DNA of 64,000 bases from Hypanus sabinus. Its lineage: Eukaryota. The DNA is taken from assembly GCF_030144855.1 (NCBI RefSeq), contig NC_082714.1, positions 93,868,001-93,932,000 on the forward strand. The letters are read 5' to 3'. The translations under genes were made by a program, and so were the position numbers. This document shows, piece after piece, positions 11,963 through 25,208 of the stretch. How positions within the stretch are numbered: position 1 is the first letter of the stretch; every line of letters starts with the position of its first letter. The notes under the pieces were generated by a model. That model had not been told where the DNA came from and did not search any database. It saw only the letters and a list, made by a program, of their open reading frames with translations.

Positions 11963-14836
11963 CTGTTTTTTTTATTGAAGTTCATCATCAAACAAACGTT
12001 TCCATAAGATGCATTTCAGACATTGTGCATATAATATATATTATAATCATATATGTCACAAATCGCCACATAGTATTTATCTGAGGTATACACTTACAGA
12101 AAAAGAGTGGAGAGAAAAATAAGCAAACGGAAAAAACTATGTACAAGGAGGGAGTGAACTTCTTTTTACAACGTATTCATTGATTTGTGAGAATAAAATC
12201 AGGCCTATGAGGCATCATGTATTTAAACCATTTTCCCAGTATGTATCAAATTGGTCCAGCTTATGATGAACAAATGCTGTTATCTTCTCTATCTTCTCCA
12301 TTTTGTACATGTCCATTGTAATTTCCATCCACGCATTGGAAGTTGGCTTCTCCTGCGATAACCAATTCCTAGTAAGAGTCTTTTTACCAGCCACCAACAG
12401 TATATGCATTAAATATTTATATCTTTTCAATGATTCCTCATGTATATACCCAAAATATATAGTCTTACTCTCTGAAGGTATTTCGCATTTAAAGATGTCT
12501 TGTAGGGCATTTTGTATCCCCCTCCAATAGTCTTTGATAACAGGGCAGTCCTAAAAAATAAGATAATGATTTGCATTTTGATTTCCACAAATTATCCAGC
12601 AAACAGGGAGGTTGCTATCACAATGGGATTTCTGAGAGGGTGTAATATAGTATCTTATCAAGTGTTTCCATGCAAACCCCCTCCATTTCTCTGAACTGGT
12701 ACACTTCCATTGATACTTCCATATTATTTTCCATTCTTCCTTCTCCCGTTTTGTTTTAATGTATGAAGTATATGATTTTCTAAACAGCTCTATCAAGCAT
12801 GTATTTGCCTTGCTTACATTTTAATCGTCTTATTAACATGTTGTCACGTCTATAAATATCGATAAAAATCTTGTTTTTCTAACCTGTTTCTCGTTAAGCA
12901 TTTCAACCCTGAACATTGTTCCTTCTTTCATTATGTTGCAAAGAACTGTTATTCCTTTAGCTGTCCGGTCCTTAAATCTAGCTTCCAACTTATTTGGTGT
13001 AAAATCCGTGTCATATGCACCCCATTTAAGAACTACAAGATCTCCTGCAGTTTATATTATTTTATAATATTTTTCCATATTTTAAGAGACAATTGCAACC
13101 GTAAGTTATCAATAGTATTTACGTATCTTTGCAGCTTGTTATCAGATAAAGTTGCTTGTATGGGGATGGGAAGTACCCGCTCCTCAATGTTTTTCCATTG
13201 AGCATCATATGATGGGTTGCACGAAAATATCACAGCTCTCAACTGTGCTGGAAAATAATAATCTATAAAAGAAGGTAGGCCTCATCCCTACCCCCCATTT
13301 CCTTCGCTAATTGCAAGTTTTGAGACGAACTCTTGGCCTTTTACCCTGGCAAATATACCTTGATAACATCTTGTTCCATTCATTGAATTGTTTTTGATTA
13401 ATCTCTATTGGTAGGGTCTGGCAGAGATATAACAGCCTGGGCATTATATTCATTTTAATAGACGCAATCTTGAACTGAGACTGTAAAAAGGAATCAGGTT
13501 TCATCTTGCCATATCTTCCTTATTTTTTTATATAAAGGCTGATAATTACATTCTGATAATTTTGCCAAATCTTTTGGCATAATGGTGTCCAAATATTTGT
13601 AAGACTGTGTTTGCCATGCCCAGGATTATCTGCTTTCAACTTCTCTTGCTGGGCTATGGTAATATGAAAGTCATTTTGGTTTTATCTATGTTGATCTTGT
13701 ATCCTGATAATTGACTATATTGTTCAAAGGATTGCATCAACTTAGGTAAAGAGTATGTTGATTGCCCTAGATAGATCAAAATGTCATCCACATAACAAGC
13801 CAATTTATGCTCTGTCCTTTTAGTAGTAATTCCCATGATATCTTCATTTTGTCTGATGTATTGAGCTAATGGTTCCAGATATGTAGCGAAGAGTAGCGGT
13901 GACCATGCACAACCCTGTCTCGTACCCCTTTCTAGGGTAATACTATTTGATAAATATCCGTTGATTTTAATCCGAGCAGTAGGGTTGTCATATAGTATCA
14001 GTATAGTTTTAATAATTGTGTATTGGAAACCAAATCTATGTAAAACTCTGTAAAGAAAATTCCAATAAACCGCATCAAATGTCTTTTCAGCGTCCACGCG
14101 TATTACTATTGCTTCGATTTTATTTTTTGTATATGATTCATAATGTGAAGTGTCCTTCGTATATTGTCTTGTGTTTGGTGTTGTCGTATGAAACCTGTCT
14201 GATCGTTACATATCAGTATGGGTAGAAACTCCTCTAATCGTTTGACCATGATGGAGGTAAATAATCTATAATCCACATTAAGAACGGATATATGTCTAAA
14301 TGATCCACATTCCATTTTATCCATGCCTTCTTTCGGTATAGCTGAGATTATCGCTTCCTTCCAACTGTGTGGCATTTGTGTTTTTTTTTAGAGCCCACTT
14401 CAGTGTGGGGAATAAGACAGGAATTAATTCATTTTTAAAATTCTTTGTACCCCTCTGCCGTATACCCATCTGATCCTGGTGATTTGCTTAATTTAAGCCT
14501 ACCAATTGCAGCTTTTAATTTAACTTCAATTATGTCAGCAGTCATCGTTCTATTTTGTTCTTCGATTAAAGTGTGTAACTCTAGAGAATTCAAGAAGGTG
14601 TCAATTTAGGTTATGCTTCCCCCTAGAACTTTGGAATATAGAGTTTTGTAAAATACTTCAAAAGCTTCCTGAGTTTCACTAAGCTTATTTTTTTTTATCA
14701 TTTTCGTTTTTGGGTTCCAAATTCCATGAATTGTATTTTCTGCTATCTTTTTTCCGTTTCCATACCAGTATTTTTATAGACGTTGATCCGCTTTCATCAT
14801 GTCTCGGTTTCAGAAACATTAATTTTTTCCTGATTT
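11963..14836 (-). mobile_element. 5'-truncated L1 (copy B, same family as A) inserted antisense into copy A
   Basis: RT ORFs on the minus strand (DAEKTFD, GTRQGCAWSPLLF, YVDD), 3' end CTTCAATAAAAAAAA, and a 13-bp TSD GGAAATGTTTTTC (11950-11962) / GGAAATGGTTTTC (14837-14849). Confidence 0.92.
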
Positions 14837-15269
14837 GGAAATGGTTTTCACAGGAGAGCCCAACCTTAAATGCATGGCTGTAGATTACAATAGACATTTA
14901 CAAAATGGAGTCGATAACAGAATCTGTTAATCATAAGTTGGAACAATTTCATTCATGCTTGGAAAAGTGATTTAACATGTAACAACGTATAGGCCTAATT
15001 TTATCCACACAAGTCAATAATTTGTAAAAAAAAAAATCACTCCCTACTTGTACGTAGTTTTCTCCTTTCTCTTGTTCTTTCTTTCCTCTCTTTTCTATTT
15101 GTGTATACCACAGTAAATATAATGTGTAGATTTGAGGCACATATGACTGTATGATATATACGTTTAATATTTGAAATACATTTATGGAAATGTTTGTTTG
15201 ATGATGAACTTCAATAAAAAATAATTACAAAAACATTGATCGAGGTTCATCACGGAGACTTAGATCCTA

Positions 15270-15490
15270 CGACAAATGTTAGGCATGTTTATCAACCTGC
15301 CTGAGATAGTAGGAGAAGAAAGCCAAATTTTGCAGTTTAAAAAAAAATCCGGGCAGTAATATTGATATTAAAGTTTCATATTGACACGTGTCAAACGCAA
15401 ACAAATGGGATGAGCGCAGTTAGGGAACATAGCCGGCATGGTCAAGTTGGGCAGAAAGGCCCATTTCTGTGCTGTATAACTCTGTAAGTC
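15270..15490 (+). mobile_element. CR1 3' end remnant
   Basis: GGCATGGTCAAGTTGGGCAGAAAGGCCCATTTCTGTGCTGTATAACTCT matches the CR1 3' termini seen elsewhere in the window. Confidence 0.55.
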
Positions 15491-16399
15491 TAAATGTCGC
15501 GGTTGTCAGGGAGAGGGAATTAGTGTCATAGTTGGTTGTCAGTGAGGCTCAACAAGCACCATTCCCATGGCTCCTCATAAGTATTACTTATTGTGGGTAC
15601 TGACATGTTATGACGAAATATGTTTAAGTTAGTAGCAACGAATAAAACTATGCATCAAATATATCTTTCGCAGGTTACTCGCATGCAAGTACAACAAGCT
15701 TTCAGGGAGATATGTTGGCTTTTTCAAAGGAGTGTGAGGACAGGAAATTTTAGTTGGATGACTGTTGTTCAGTACAGGACAGATGTGTCTTCGGATCGGA
15801 TAGCCCCAGGCTGATCATGCTCTATGGAGAAAAGAGCTGACTGGTAATGTTAGGCGGGAGAGGGAAAGCAAACAAGTTCGGGGAACTGAAAGGTGAATAC
15901 ACCGAAAGGCAAGACACTGATTGGACTACAAAGAGGAAGCAAAATCTCTTTCAGCTAGATGGGCGATGGGGGAATAGGATGAACAGCGATGAGGTGACAC
16001 AATTCAGTCAGGGCCTGTCGATTTTCTCTCCCAAGTGCCAGGTGCATTTTTCATCGCCGACCACAGTCCAGGATGGAATTGAAGGATGTTTGTGCATGAC
16101 GTGATTCAGCGCTGCGGATATCGGCTGGGCAGTGCTGATGTTATGACCATTTCAGATCTTGAATAACGGCGAGGTAGGCGCGCGAGATCCATGCGTCATC
16201 TTATATATTCCTTGTGTGTCTTGTATTGCAATATTTATCGGGATCCTCAGAGTATGCTGCGTGTTAGTTCAGAGAAGGATAGAGATACTTATCCCATGAC
16301 CACCCTCTGGGTTATTCTCAAGCCCTTATGTTCCTCAATAACTTTTCTGTTCGCTGTTTTCAATGTTACACATTTATCATGACGTAGCTGAGAGAGTCA

Positions 16400-16760
16400 T
16401 CAACTCTTCCGTCCCCGCCCCTCCTCTTTCTTCTCTCTCTCTCTCTCTCTCACTCACACACACACACACACCCTCGCGTTCTTCTCCCCTCCCTCCCCTC
16501 TCTCTGCCTTACTCTGCTGCCTCTATCTCTCTCCCCTCTTTCCGTCTCTCTCTCTGTTTCTCCCCATCTCTCACACCCACTCTCTCCTATCATATTCTTA
16601 CCTTACTCATTCTGCCTCACTTGCCACTGATTCTTCTTTCACCCCATCTCTCTCCCTCCGCGCTCTCACTGTATCACCCTCTGTTTGTTCTGTTTCCCAT
16701 AACTCATTCTACCTCTCTTTCCCTGTCCATCTGTCTCTCTATTCATCGCTTGTCACAACT
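16400..16760. repeat. Polypyrimidine/low-complexity tract with (CT)n(CA)n microsatellite
   Basis: (CT)n at about 16432-16450, (CA)n to about 16470, then ~290 nt that are almost entirely C/T. Confidence 0.85.
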
Positions 16761-17659
16761 AATTCCAATAGACCAATTGTTTTTCAGATCTAGTTTTAGA
16801 ACGTATCTCTTCCTAGAACTGCAGTTTCTCCGATTGAGATAATTTAAATAACGTTCAGTCGTATCTCAAAACGCGCCCCCACCTTCCCGGGACCTTGCGA
16901 CCGAGCCACCTGCACCACTTCACAAACAAGACAGAACCAGCAGCAATTTGTGTAACTGTCGCTAAATAAAGACTGCAAACCCCATCCCGGTCCCCAAGGG
17001 GAGATGACTCGTTCCGCAGCTGCATCATTGCTTCTCACAACACAGACAGTTTGACCCTTTTCATGTGCACATCCCATCCTCGACTCTGGGCAACGGATAA
17101 AAAAATTATGGGGCCTTGGGAAAGAAAATTGAAAGCCCCTGACTGAATGAGGGAAAACGTTAACTGGACTGACCAGTACCCTGCTTTCTGAAGGATTACC
17201 ATATCCCATGTTATGAACAACAGTATTCTAAATTTTAATCACCATCTCCAATTATCTAATGAGAAACAATCTATAGAACAGGCCTTACTCAACCGTACCT
17301 AAAGTATATTAAACAATAACATTTCACAAATGCAAAGAAGCCAAAGAAGCCCAATGTTTCACAGTCGCGTTATTAGAAAAATGTTGATACCGTGTCCCAT
17401 TGAGTCGAACTTTTACTTGTATGAAATTCCCCTCTCATCTAGTACACAGTATCGAAAAGATCGTGGCAGAATGGAGGCTGAGTGGTGATGGACAAGAGAA
17501 GGGAGATCTGATGTCCCACATGTGGGCCTCACTGTTAGTCACATCCTTCATCAGAGTACGGATCAGCATCAGACTCAGGTATAATATCAGTGCCTCATGT
17601 CGTTAAATTTGCTGTTTGTATTCCAGAGGCTGAGGAGCTGATTAAGAAAAAACGTGGAA

Positions 17660-18000
17660 TGTCAGAAAGTAATAGAGCACCACAAAACCAATTCAGGACC
17701 TTTCGGTCCATCTAGTCTGTTCCGAATTATTAATATGGTTATTCCCGTCATTCTGCACCCGGAACATCGGCATTAATACAACCCCCCCACCATCCAAATT
17801 TCTCTTAAGGTTTTGAAATCGACCCTTATCCATCACATCCGGCTGGTAAATCTTTATACCCGCCTCACCATGCTTTGAATAAACAAGTTTCACCCGATGA
17901 TCCCTTTAAAACATTCCACCTTTTACCCTTATGTCATATCTCTGGTTGTAGTCTCACCCAATATCAGTGCAAAAGTAGCCTGCTAATATTTCACCCTTGC
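17660..18000 (-). mobile_element. CR1 3' end remnant
   Basis: Minus strand resembles the CR1 3' region (GGGTGGAATGTTTTAAAGGG, TGGATAAGGGTCG). Confidence 0.55.
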
Positions 18001-18266
18001 TATATCCCGCTGGAATAGCGTAGTAGGAGACACAAAGAACCAATACTGCCAATATAAGTATGTAAGAAAAAAGTTTAAAGTGGAATGGATAAATTGGATC
18101 AATTTCACACTGAGAATGGAAACACCAGAAAGTAAATAAATAGAGTCGGTGAAATAATACACATGTATGAGAAGGCAAATGAATTTATCGGGAAATACAC
18201 TGGACCTACAGGCCGCCGTGACACTCTATCACACTATGCAGGCGGCATAATGAAGAAAGTGGTTTT

Positions 18267-18563
18267 NNNNNNNNNNNNNNNNNNNNNNNNNNNNNNNNNN
18301 NNNNNNNNNNNNNNNNNNNNNNNNNNNNNNNNNNNNNNNNNNNNNNNNNNNNNNNNNNNNNNNNNNNNNNNNNNNNNNNNNNNNNNNNNNNNNNNNNNNN
18401 NNNNNNNNNNNNNNNNNNNNNNNNNNNNNNNNNNNNNNNNNNNNNNNNNNNNNNNNNNNNNNNNNNNNNNNNNNNNNNNNNNNNNNNNNNNNNNNNNNNN
18501 NNNNNNNNNNNNNNNNNNNNNNNNNNNNNNNNNNNNNNNNNNNNNNNNNNNNNNNNNNNNNNN
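18267..18563. other. Assembly gap
   Basis: Run of N. Confidence 1.
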
Positions 18564-18589
18564 TCAGTCATAGAAGGATGCTGCAATCT

Positions 18590-21500
18590 ATTAATAAGAC
18601 CATAAGGAGACCATAAGACATAGGAGCAGGATTAAGAGTCTGCTCCGGCATTTAAAAACGGCTGATCCTTCTTTATAGCTCCTTCTCAACCACAGTTCCC
18701 GGACTTCTCCCCGTAACCTTGTGCAATCAAAAACCCGTCAATCTCTGCCTTAATGCACCCAACGACCCGGGCTCCACAGCTGCATGTGGCAACGAATACC
18801 ACAAATTCAAAACTCTTTGGCTGAAGAAATTTCTCCGCATCTCTGATTTGAAAGGGCACCTTCGTATCCTGAGGCCCCCAGATTCTCCCACCACGGGATA
18901 CATCCGTTCCTCTCTGTCTAGGCCTTTCAACATTCGAAAGGTTTCAATGAGATCACCTCTCTCCTCCCCCCACCCCCGACCCCGCTCATCCTTCTGAATT
19001 CCAGAGAGTATAAACTCAGAGCCATTAAACCTTCCTTGTATGACAACCCTTTCATTCCTGGAATCATGATTGTGATCCTCCTCTGAAGCCTCTCCAATGC
19101 CAGCACAACCCTTATAAGATGCCGGTCCCAGAGTTGGTCACAATACTCAATGTGAGCTCTCACCAGTGCCTTATAAAGCCTTAGCAATCTCATCTCTGTG
19201 CTCTTGTATTTTAGACCTCGAAATGAATGCTAACGTGGCATTTTTCATCACCAACGACTCAAACAAAGTTAACCTTCAAGATGTTCTGCACAAGGGCTCC
19301 CATGTCCCTCGGCATCTCAGATTCTTTAATCTTCTCGCCACTTAGGCCACTGATTTATTTCTACTACCAAATTACATGACCATGTATTTTCCAACATTAT
19401 ATTTCATTTTGCTACTTTCTTACCATTCTGCTAACCATGCTAAGTCCGTACCACAGCAACTTCCTGTCCCTCCATCAAACTTCGTATCATCTGCACACTT
19501 GGCAACAAAGCCATCTATTCCATCACCCTATATCATTTACATACAGTGTAACAAGAAGTTGTCCCAACACCGACCCCTGCCGAACGCCACTCGCAGACAA
19601 ACAGAAATGCAGACATTTATTCCCACTCGCTGCTTCCGACCTATTAGCCATTGCTCTAACGATGTTATTAAATTTTCTGTAATACCTTGGGCTCTTAAGA
19701 AGGCTCAAGTGTGGCAACATTGTCAAAGTCCTTCTGGAGGTCCAAATATACAACATCCACTGTATCCCCTTTATCCCCTTTGTAATCTCAAAGAGTGTCA
19801 ACAGTTTCGTCAGGCAGCATTTTCCCTGAAAGAAACGATGCTGATTTTGTACCATGTTCGTCCTGTATCAACAAGTGGTCCATCACCTTATCCTTAAAAA
19901 TTGACTCTAACGTCTTCCTAAACACTGATGGTAGGCTAGCTGGTCTATAATTTCCTTTCTGCTGCTTTCCTTCTTTCAAAAATAGTGGAGTAACATTTGG
20001 AAATTTTACAGTCACTTTGGTACCAATGCCAGAGACCAATTATTTTTGAAAGATCATATCTCATGCCACCACAGTCTCCAATGCTACCTCATTCAGAACA
20101 CCAGCGTGCAATTCCTCTGGTCCGGGTGACCTATGTACATTTAGCACCTTCTCTCTTCCTTCAAACACTACAACATCACACACACTGTTATTGTCTTCCA
20201 CAGGAAGACTGACGCAAAATACTAATTTAATTCTTCAGCTATCTCCTTGTCTGCCCTCGTTTTTAGCAGAACTATATCCATTCTCATTTCTCTTTTTTTT
20301 TAAAGATGCCTGAAAAAAACTTATACTATCCACTTTGCTGTTAATTGCTTGCTTGGTTTCATATTTCATCTTTTGCCTTCTAATTTTCTTTGGTTGCTCT
20401 CTGTAGGTTTTTACATGTTCCCAATCCTCTATCTTCCCACTGATTTTTTTTCATTGTTGTATGCCCTTTGTTTTGCTTTGACTCTCCTTGTTTGCAATAT
20501 GTCATGGTTGCAATAATTTATCATTTGAGTACTTCTTCATTTTTGGAATACAATCGTCAACTGCACCTTCCTCATTCCCCCCAGAAACACATATTATTTC
20601 TGCTCTTCTGAATTGCTTGTCAGCAACTCCTTTCAATTTACTTTGGGCAACACCTTTCGAATACTACTGTAGTTTCCCTCACTGCACTGAAATACTGCTA
20701 TATCAGAATTGACATTCTCCCCCATGAATTTCAAGTTGAAGGACAACTTTATTGTGATGAATATTTCCTCAGGGTTATTTTACCTTAAGCTTCCTAATCG
20801 TCTACATAATACCCAATCTAGTATAGCTGATTCCCTACTAGGCTCAACGAAATACTGCTCTAAATAGCTATCTGTGAGGCATTCAACAAAGTCACTCTCT
20901 TGAGATCCATTATCAACTTAATTTTCCCAATCGACCTGCATGTTAAAATCTCGCGTAACTGCTATAACCTTCCCATTTCTATTTCCTGTTGTAAAGTGTG
21001 ATCCATTTTCCAGCTTCTGTTGGGATGCCTGTCTATTAACGCCATCAATGTCTTTTTAACCCTTGCAGTTTCTTAATTCAACACACAATGATTCAACATC
21101 TTCTGATCCTATATCACATCTGATTTGATGCCATTCCTCACCATTAGAGCCTCTACCTGTCTTCCTATCCCTCCGGTATAACGTATAACCTTGGACATTG
21201 AGCTTATCACTACAATCATCCTTCAGCCAAGATTCACTGATGGACACAACATCATAACGACAATCTGTAATATTTTAAACAAGATCATCCACAGTATTTA
21301 TTATCCTACGCCCATTTAGATACAATACCTTGAGTACCACATTTGCGATCTTTTCTGATTCTGCATCCCTAATGATTAGACATTCAGCCTGCTGGCTCTG
21401 AATTGAGTCCCAACACCTGCGTGCCTTTCCTGACAATCTCACTGCACGCTATCTTCACATTTTAACTATCTGTCCTATTCTGAGTCCCTTCACTCCGATT

Positions 21501-21850
21501 CCCACCAATCTGCCAAGTTAGCTTAAACCCTAACCGACCGCCTTAACAAAACTGTTCGCGAGAATATTTGGCTTCCTCTGGTTCAGGTGCAACCTATCAC
21601 TTTTGATCAGGTCATACCCCCCCAGAAGAGATATTATCCATGTACCTGAAGACCTGCCCGCTGCATCAGCTTCTTAGCCAAGTATTTTCTAGCAAATAGT
21701 ATTGTTTTCAGCTTCACTTCGCGTGGCACAGGCAGCAGTCCAAGACCTACTTCTTGGGAGGTCCTGCTTCTCAGCTTTCTACCCATGTCTCTAAATTCTC
21801 TTTTCAGCACCATATTTCGTTTCCGTCCCATGACATTGGTACCATTATGT
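18590..21850 (-). mobile_element. CR1 LINE, long decayed copy (3' tail, RT, EN, ORF1 esterase)
   Basis: Minus ORFs give GVRQGSVLGQLL, NYRPASL, ISESWLKDD, ELRNCKG and GRKLRSRTSQ..GLLPVPR. 8-nt tail repeats (ATAAGACC) at 18592-18620. Confidence 0.9.
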
Positions 21851-22048
21851 NNNNNNNNNNNNNNNNNNNNNNNNNNNNNNNNNNNNNNNNNNNNNNNNNN
21901 NNNNNNNNNNNNNNNNNNNNNNNNNNNNNNNNNNNNNNNNNNNNNNNNNNNNNNNNNNNNNNNNNNNNNNNNNNNNNNNNNNNNNNNNNNNNNNNNNNNN
22001 NNNNNNNNNNNNNNNNNNNNNNNNNNNNNNNNNNNNNNNNNNNNNNNN
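21851..22048. other. Assembly gap
   Basis: Run of N. Confidence 1.
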
Positions 22049-24115
22049 ATTTTTGCCTTAACTTTCCTTGTCAGCCATGCTTGCACTATTTTATCATTTG
22101 AGTGTTTCTTCAATTTTGGAATACCTCCACCTTCCTCATTTTCCCCAGGAACACACATTATTGCTGCTCTACAAACATGCTTGCCAAAAGCTTCTTCCTC
22201 TTTACTTTGACCAACTCCTCTCCCATACCACTGTAGTTTCCCTTACTTAACTGAGATACAGCTACCTCAGAGTTTACTTTCTCTCTATCAGATTTCAAGT
22301 TGAACACAATTATATTGTGATGATCGTTTCCTCAGGATTCTTTTACCTTAAGCTGCCTAATCGCCTCCGGTTCATTGCATAACTCTCAATCCATTGTAGT
22401 TGATCCCATCGTCGCATCAACGAAAAACTACTATAAGAAACTATCTCTTAGACATTCCACAAACTCACTCTCTTGAGATCCATTACCAACCGGATTTACC
22501 TAATCGATCTGCATGTTAAAATCTCCCGTTATTACTATAATTTTGACTTTTCTCTTTCCTGTTGTAACGTGTCGTCCATCTCCCAGCCTCTGTTGGGACT
22601 CCTGCATATAAGTGCCATCAATGTCCTTTTACCCTTTGCAGTTTGTTAATTCAACCTACAGTGAGTCAACATCTTCCGAACCTGTATCACATCTGATTTG
22701 ATGCCATTCTTTGCCTGCAGGACCACAGCTCTCTCTACTTTCCGATCCCTCCATTATAACATGTCACCTTGGACATTCATCTCCCAACTACAACCATCCT
22801 GCATCCTTCACTGATGGCCACAACATCATACTTGCAATCTGTAATATTTCAACAAGATCATCCACGTGATTTCTTATATTACGTGCATTTAGATACAACA
22901 CCTTGAGAACTGCATTTGCTATCCTTTCTGATTCTGCATCCTTGATGATTTGATTCTTAGACTGTTGGCTGCAACTATGTCCTATCACCTGCGTGCACTT
23001 CCTGACAATCTGTCTACACGCTATCTCTATTTCTTACCATCCTTACTATCCTGAGTCCCTTCACACCGGATCGCAACACCCTACCCAGTTAGTTTAAACA
23101 CACACAACAGCCCTAACAAAACTATCCGCGAAATTATTAGTCACCCTTTGTTTCAGGTGCAACTCATCACTTTGCGCAGGCATTACCTCATCCAGAAGAG
23201 ATTCCATTTATCCAAAAACCTGAAGCCCTGTCCGCTGCATCAACTGGACCAAATAGTCCAGTTTTTCTCCACACTCGCGAGTGGCACAGGCACCAATCTA
23301 TAAATTACTAATCGGGTGGTCCTGCATCTCGGCTTTCAACGTAGTTCTCTAAATTCACCTTTTAGGGCCTCATTTCCTTTCCCTTCCTATGAAATTGTTA
23401 ACAATATNNNNNNNNNNNNNNNNNNNNNNNNNNNNNNNNNNNNNNNNNNNNNNNNNNNNNNNNNNNNNNNNNNNNNNNNNNNNNNNNNNNNNNNNNNNNN
23501 NNNNNNNNNNNNNNNNNNNNNNNNNNNNNNNNNNNNNNNNNNNNNNNNNNNNNNNNNNNNNNNNNNNNNNNNNNNNNNNNNNNNNNNNNNNNATACATAT
23601 TTGCTCAAAACCACACACAATACACAGGACACAGTCCTCAAACCTGAACGCGTGAGGGACACGGCAGTACGGCTCATGTACGGACGTTGTCTGAGCACCT
23701 ATCAAAGATGCACAATCTTGATATTCGATACAAAAATGATGGGTATGAACGGAGTCAGTCTTATGAAACGAGAGCCATATTTTAAGAATGTGCTTGATTT
23801 CTATGTCTGATTGTCCGACTCTCTCTCTCGCTGAGACATCCCTGATTCTGGTACCTGGGAGGCAACATAACATCTGGGTGTCCCGTTCAAGTCTACAGAA
23901 TCTTCTATAAAATGCTCAGTGCCTGTAAACCGGTCGCCGTGGCATTCTCTCGGGTGGTCATCCTCCTCAAAAATATCCAAAGAGGTATACATTCCCCTTT
24001 AAGGGGAATGAGAAAAGAAGAGTTCTGCGCTAACTGCCCATTTCCATTTCTCTTGACAGTCACGCAGCTACTCGCCTCCTGCAACTTCGGGGTGATACTT
24101 CCCTGTAAATTTGAT
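22049..24115 (-). mobile_element. Second CR1 copy (EN to ORF1), spanning the gap at 23408-23592
   Basis: LKVLYLNARNIRN (EN start) and CCLPGTRIRDVS (ORF1). Colinear with, but clearly diverged from, 20380-21850. Confidence 0.8.
23408..23592. other. Assembly gap
   Basis: Run of N. Confidence 1.
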
Positions 24116-25079
24116 TAATTATATCCTCGCTGTCCTCATGTTAAGGAAGTGCCTGAAGATCCGCCAGGAAACAGGGTTGGAAACCAAGGTCGGCAAATCT
24201 CTTTGTGATCCAATGGTAATGGTATCATAGCTTACGTATTGGCAGATTGGCATGTTGATTATCAGCAGGCCGCCTGTGAAGTGATTCGCAAGAGTTTGCT
24301 GAAAAAAGAAATCCAGATGTTCACAGAGTTTATCCAAACACTTAGAAATCAAACAGAGTGTAATATTGTTATGTTTCTTGATTATCAGGGTTATCACGAC
24401 ACTGCAGAATAATTTAGTTGATGTTCCCAGGTTTGCAAAGCAGTCAGGGACACAAAATACCGAAAAAAATGTGGAAAACGTGTGGTCATGTCTGGAAAAA
24501 TGTTTTAAATTGGTGTCTACTTCAATGGCGAAAGGGTGAGGTCATGTGTGCAAGTTCATGTTGAAGTTTATTGCCAATTAACCCTACGCATTTACACAAA
24601 TGAACCACCTTTCCTCTGAGGCCAAGGTGAAAATCACAGTAAATAAAGCGATACAGATTAGGTACAGTAACGCTTTAACACATGCAGTGAGAAAATAGAT
24701 ATTAGCACATGTGTCTGAATGGCATGGCCTGAAGATCGACAGGTTTACATGAAGTGTGAAGTATATGTTCACGTAAGACAAAATAATATTTATTTATCCA
24801 TCTATTTAATTATTTATGTAATTATTTGTTTGCTGTGATTTGAACAGTTTGTCTTATTTTGCGCATTGGTTATTTGTCCGTCCCCCATCCCCGATGTTGA
24901 TGGCGAAGTAAAATCATGGAACATCACGGGCGGGTGGTCAGTTCCTTTCATGTTGACAGAGGCCATTGCGGGAACTAAAGTAGTCAGACCGATGTTTGCT
25001 CCTACTAAACTTGTCTGACGATTTTCGGAGTCTTGTTCCATGCCTCAATAATGCACTGTTGGAAAATTACATGAATGGG

Positions 25080-25200
25080 GTTTCAGATGAACGTTCTCGA
25101 ACACAAACGGCGACTGGTTATTTCCCCGCATAGATGCTGTCCGACCCGTTCAGTCCTTCCGGCTCTTTCTGAGTTGCTCCATAATTCAGCATCGGCAGCC
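25080..25200. repeat. Remnant of the palindromic repeat family
   Basis: CAAACGGCGACTGGTTATTTCCCCGCATAGATGCTGTCCGACCCG resembles the right arm at 3840-3910. Confidence 0.55.
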
Positions 25201-25208
25201 ATTTGCAT
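25201..25208 (+). promoter_or_regulatory. Octamer ATTTGCAT, 780 nt upstream of the IgL ATG (function doubtful)
   Basis: Exact octamer, but far from the ATG and at the edge of a repeat remnant. Confidence 0.2.

Larger units (their letters stand above)
6311..15234 (+). mobile_element. Full-length L1-clade LINE (copy A), decayed, interrupted at 9667-10186 and 11963-14836
   Basis: 5' end GTTCCGGTGACGTCA, ORF1 remnants (IRFLR, YFDEDY, YPAKL), spacer, ORF2 from ATG 7815 (MAKDKITFISFNVNG, YLQETH, KSPGSDG, QTGFI), and 3' UTR ending AATAAAAAATAATTACAAAAAC. Imperfect TSD AATGAGCGAGGTCAG (6296-6310) / ATTGATCGAGGTTCAT (15235-15250). Confidence 0.92.

Noticed and set aside
16363-16842. 159-aa Leu/Ser/Pro-rich ORF
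   Set aside because: Translation of the CT-rich low-complexity tract.
20380-23407. Two successive similar CR1 segments ending at gaps as an assembly duplication
   Set aside because: They differ by many substitutions and indels, so they are separate insertions.
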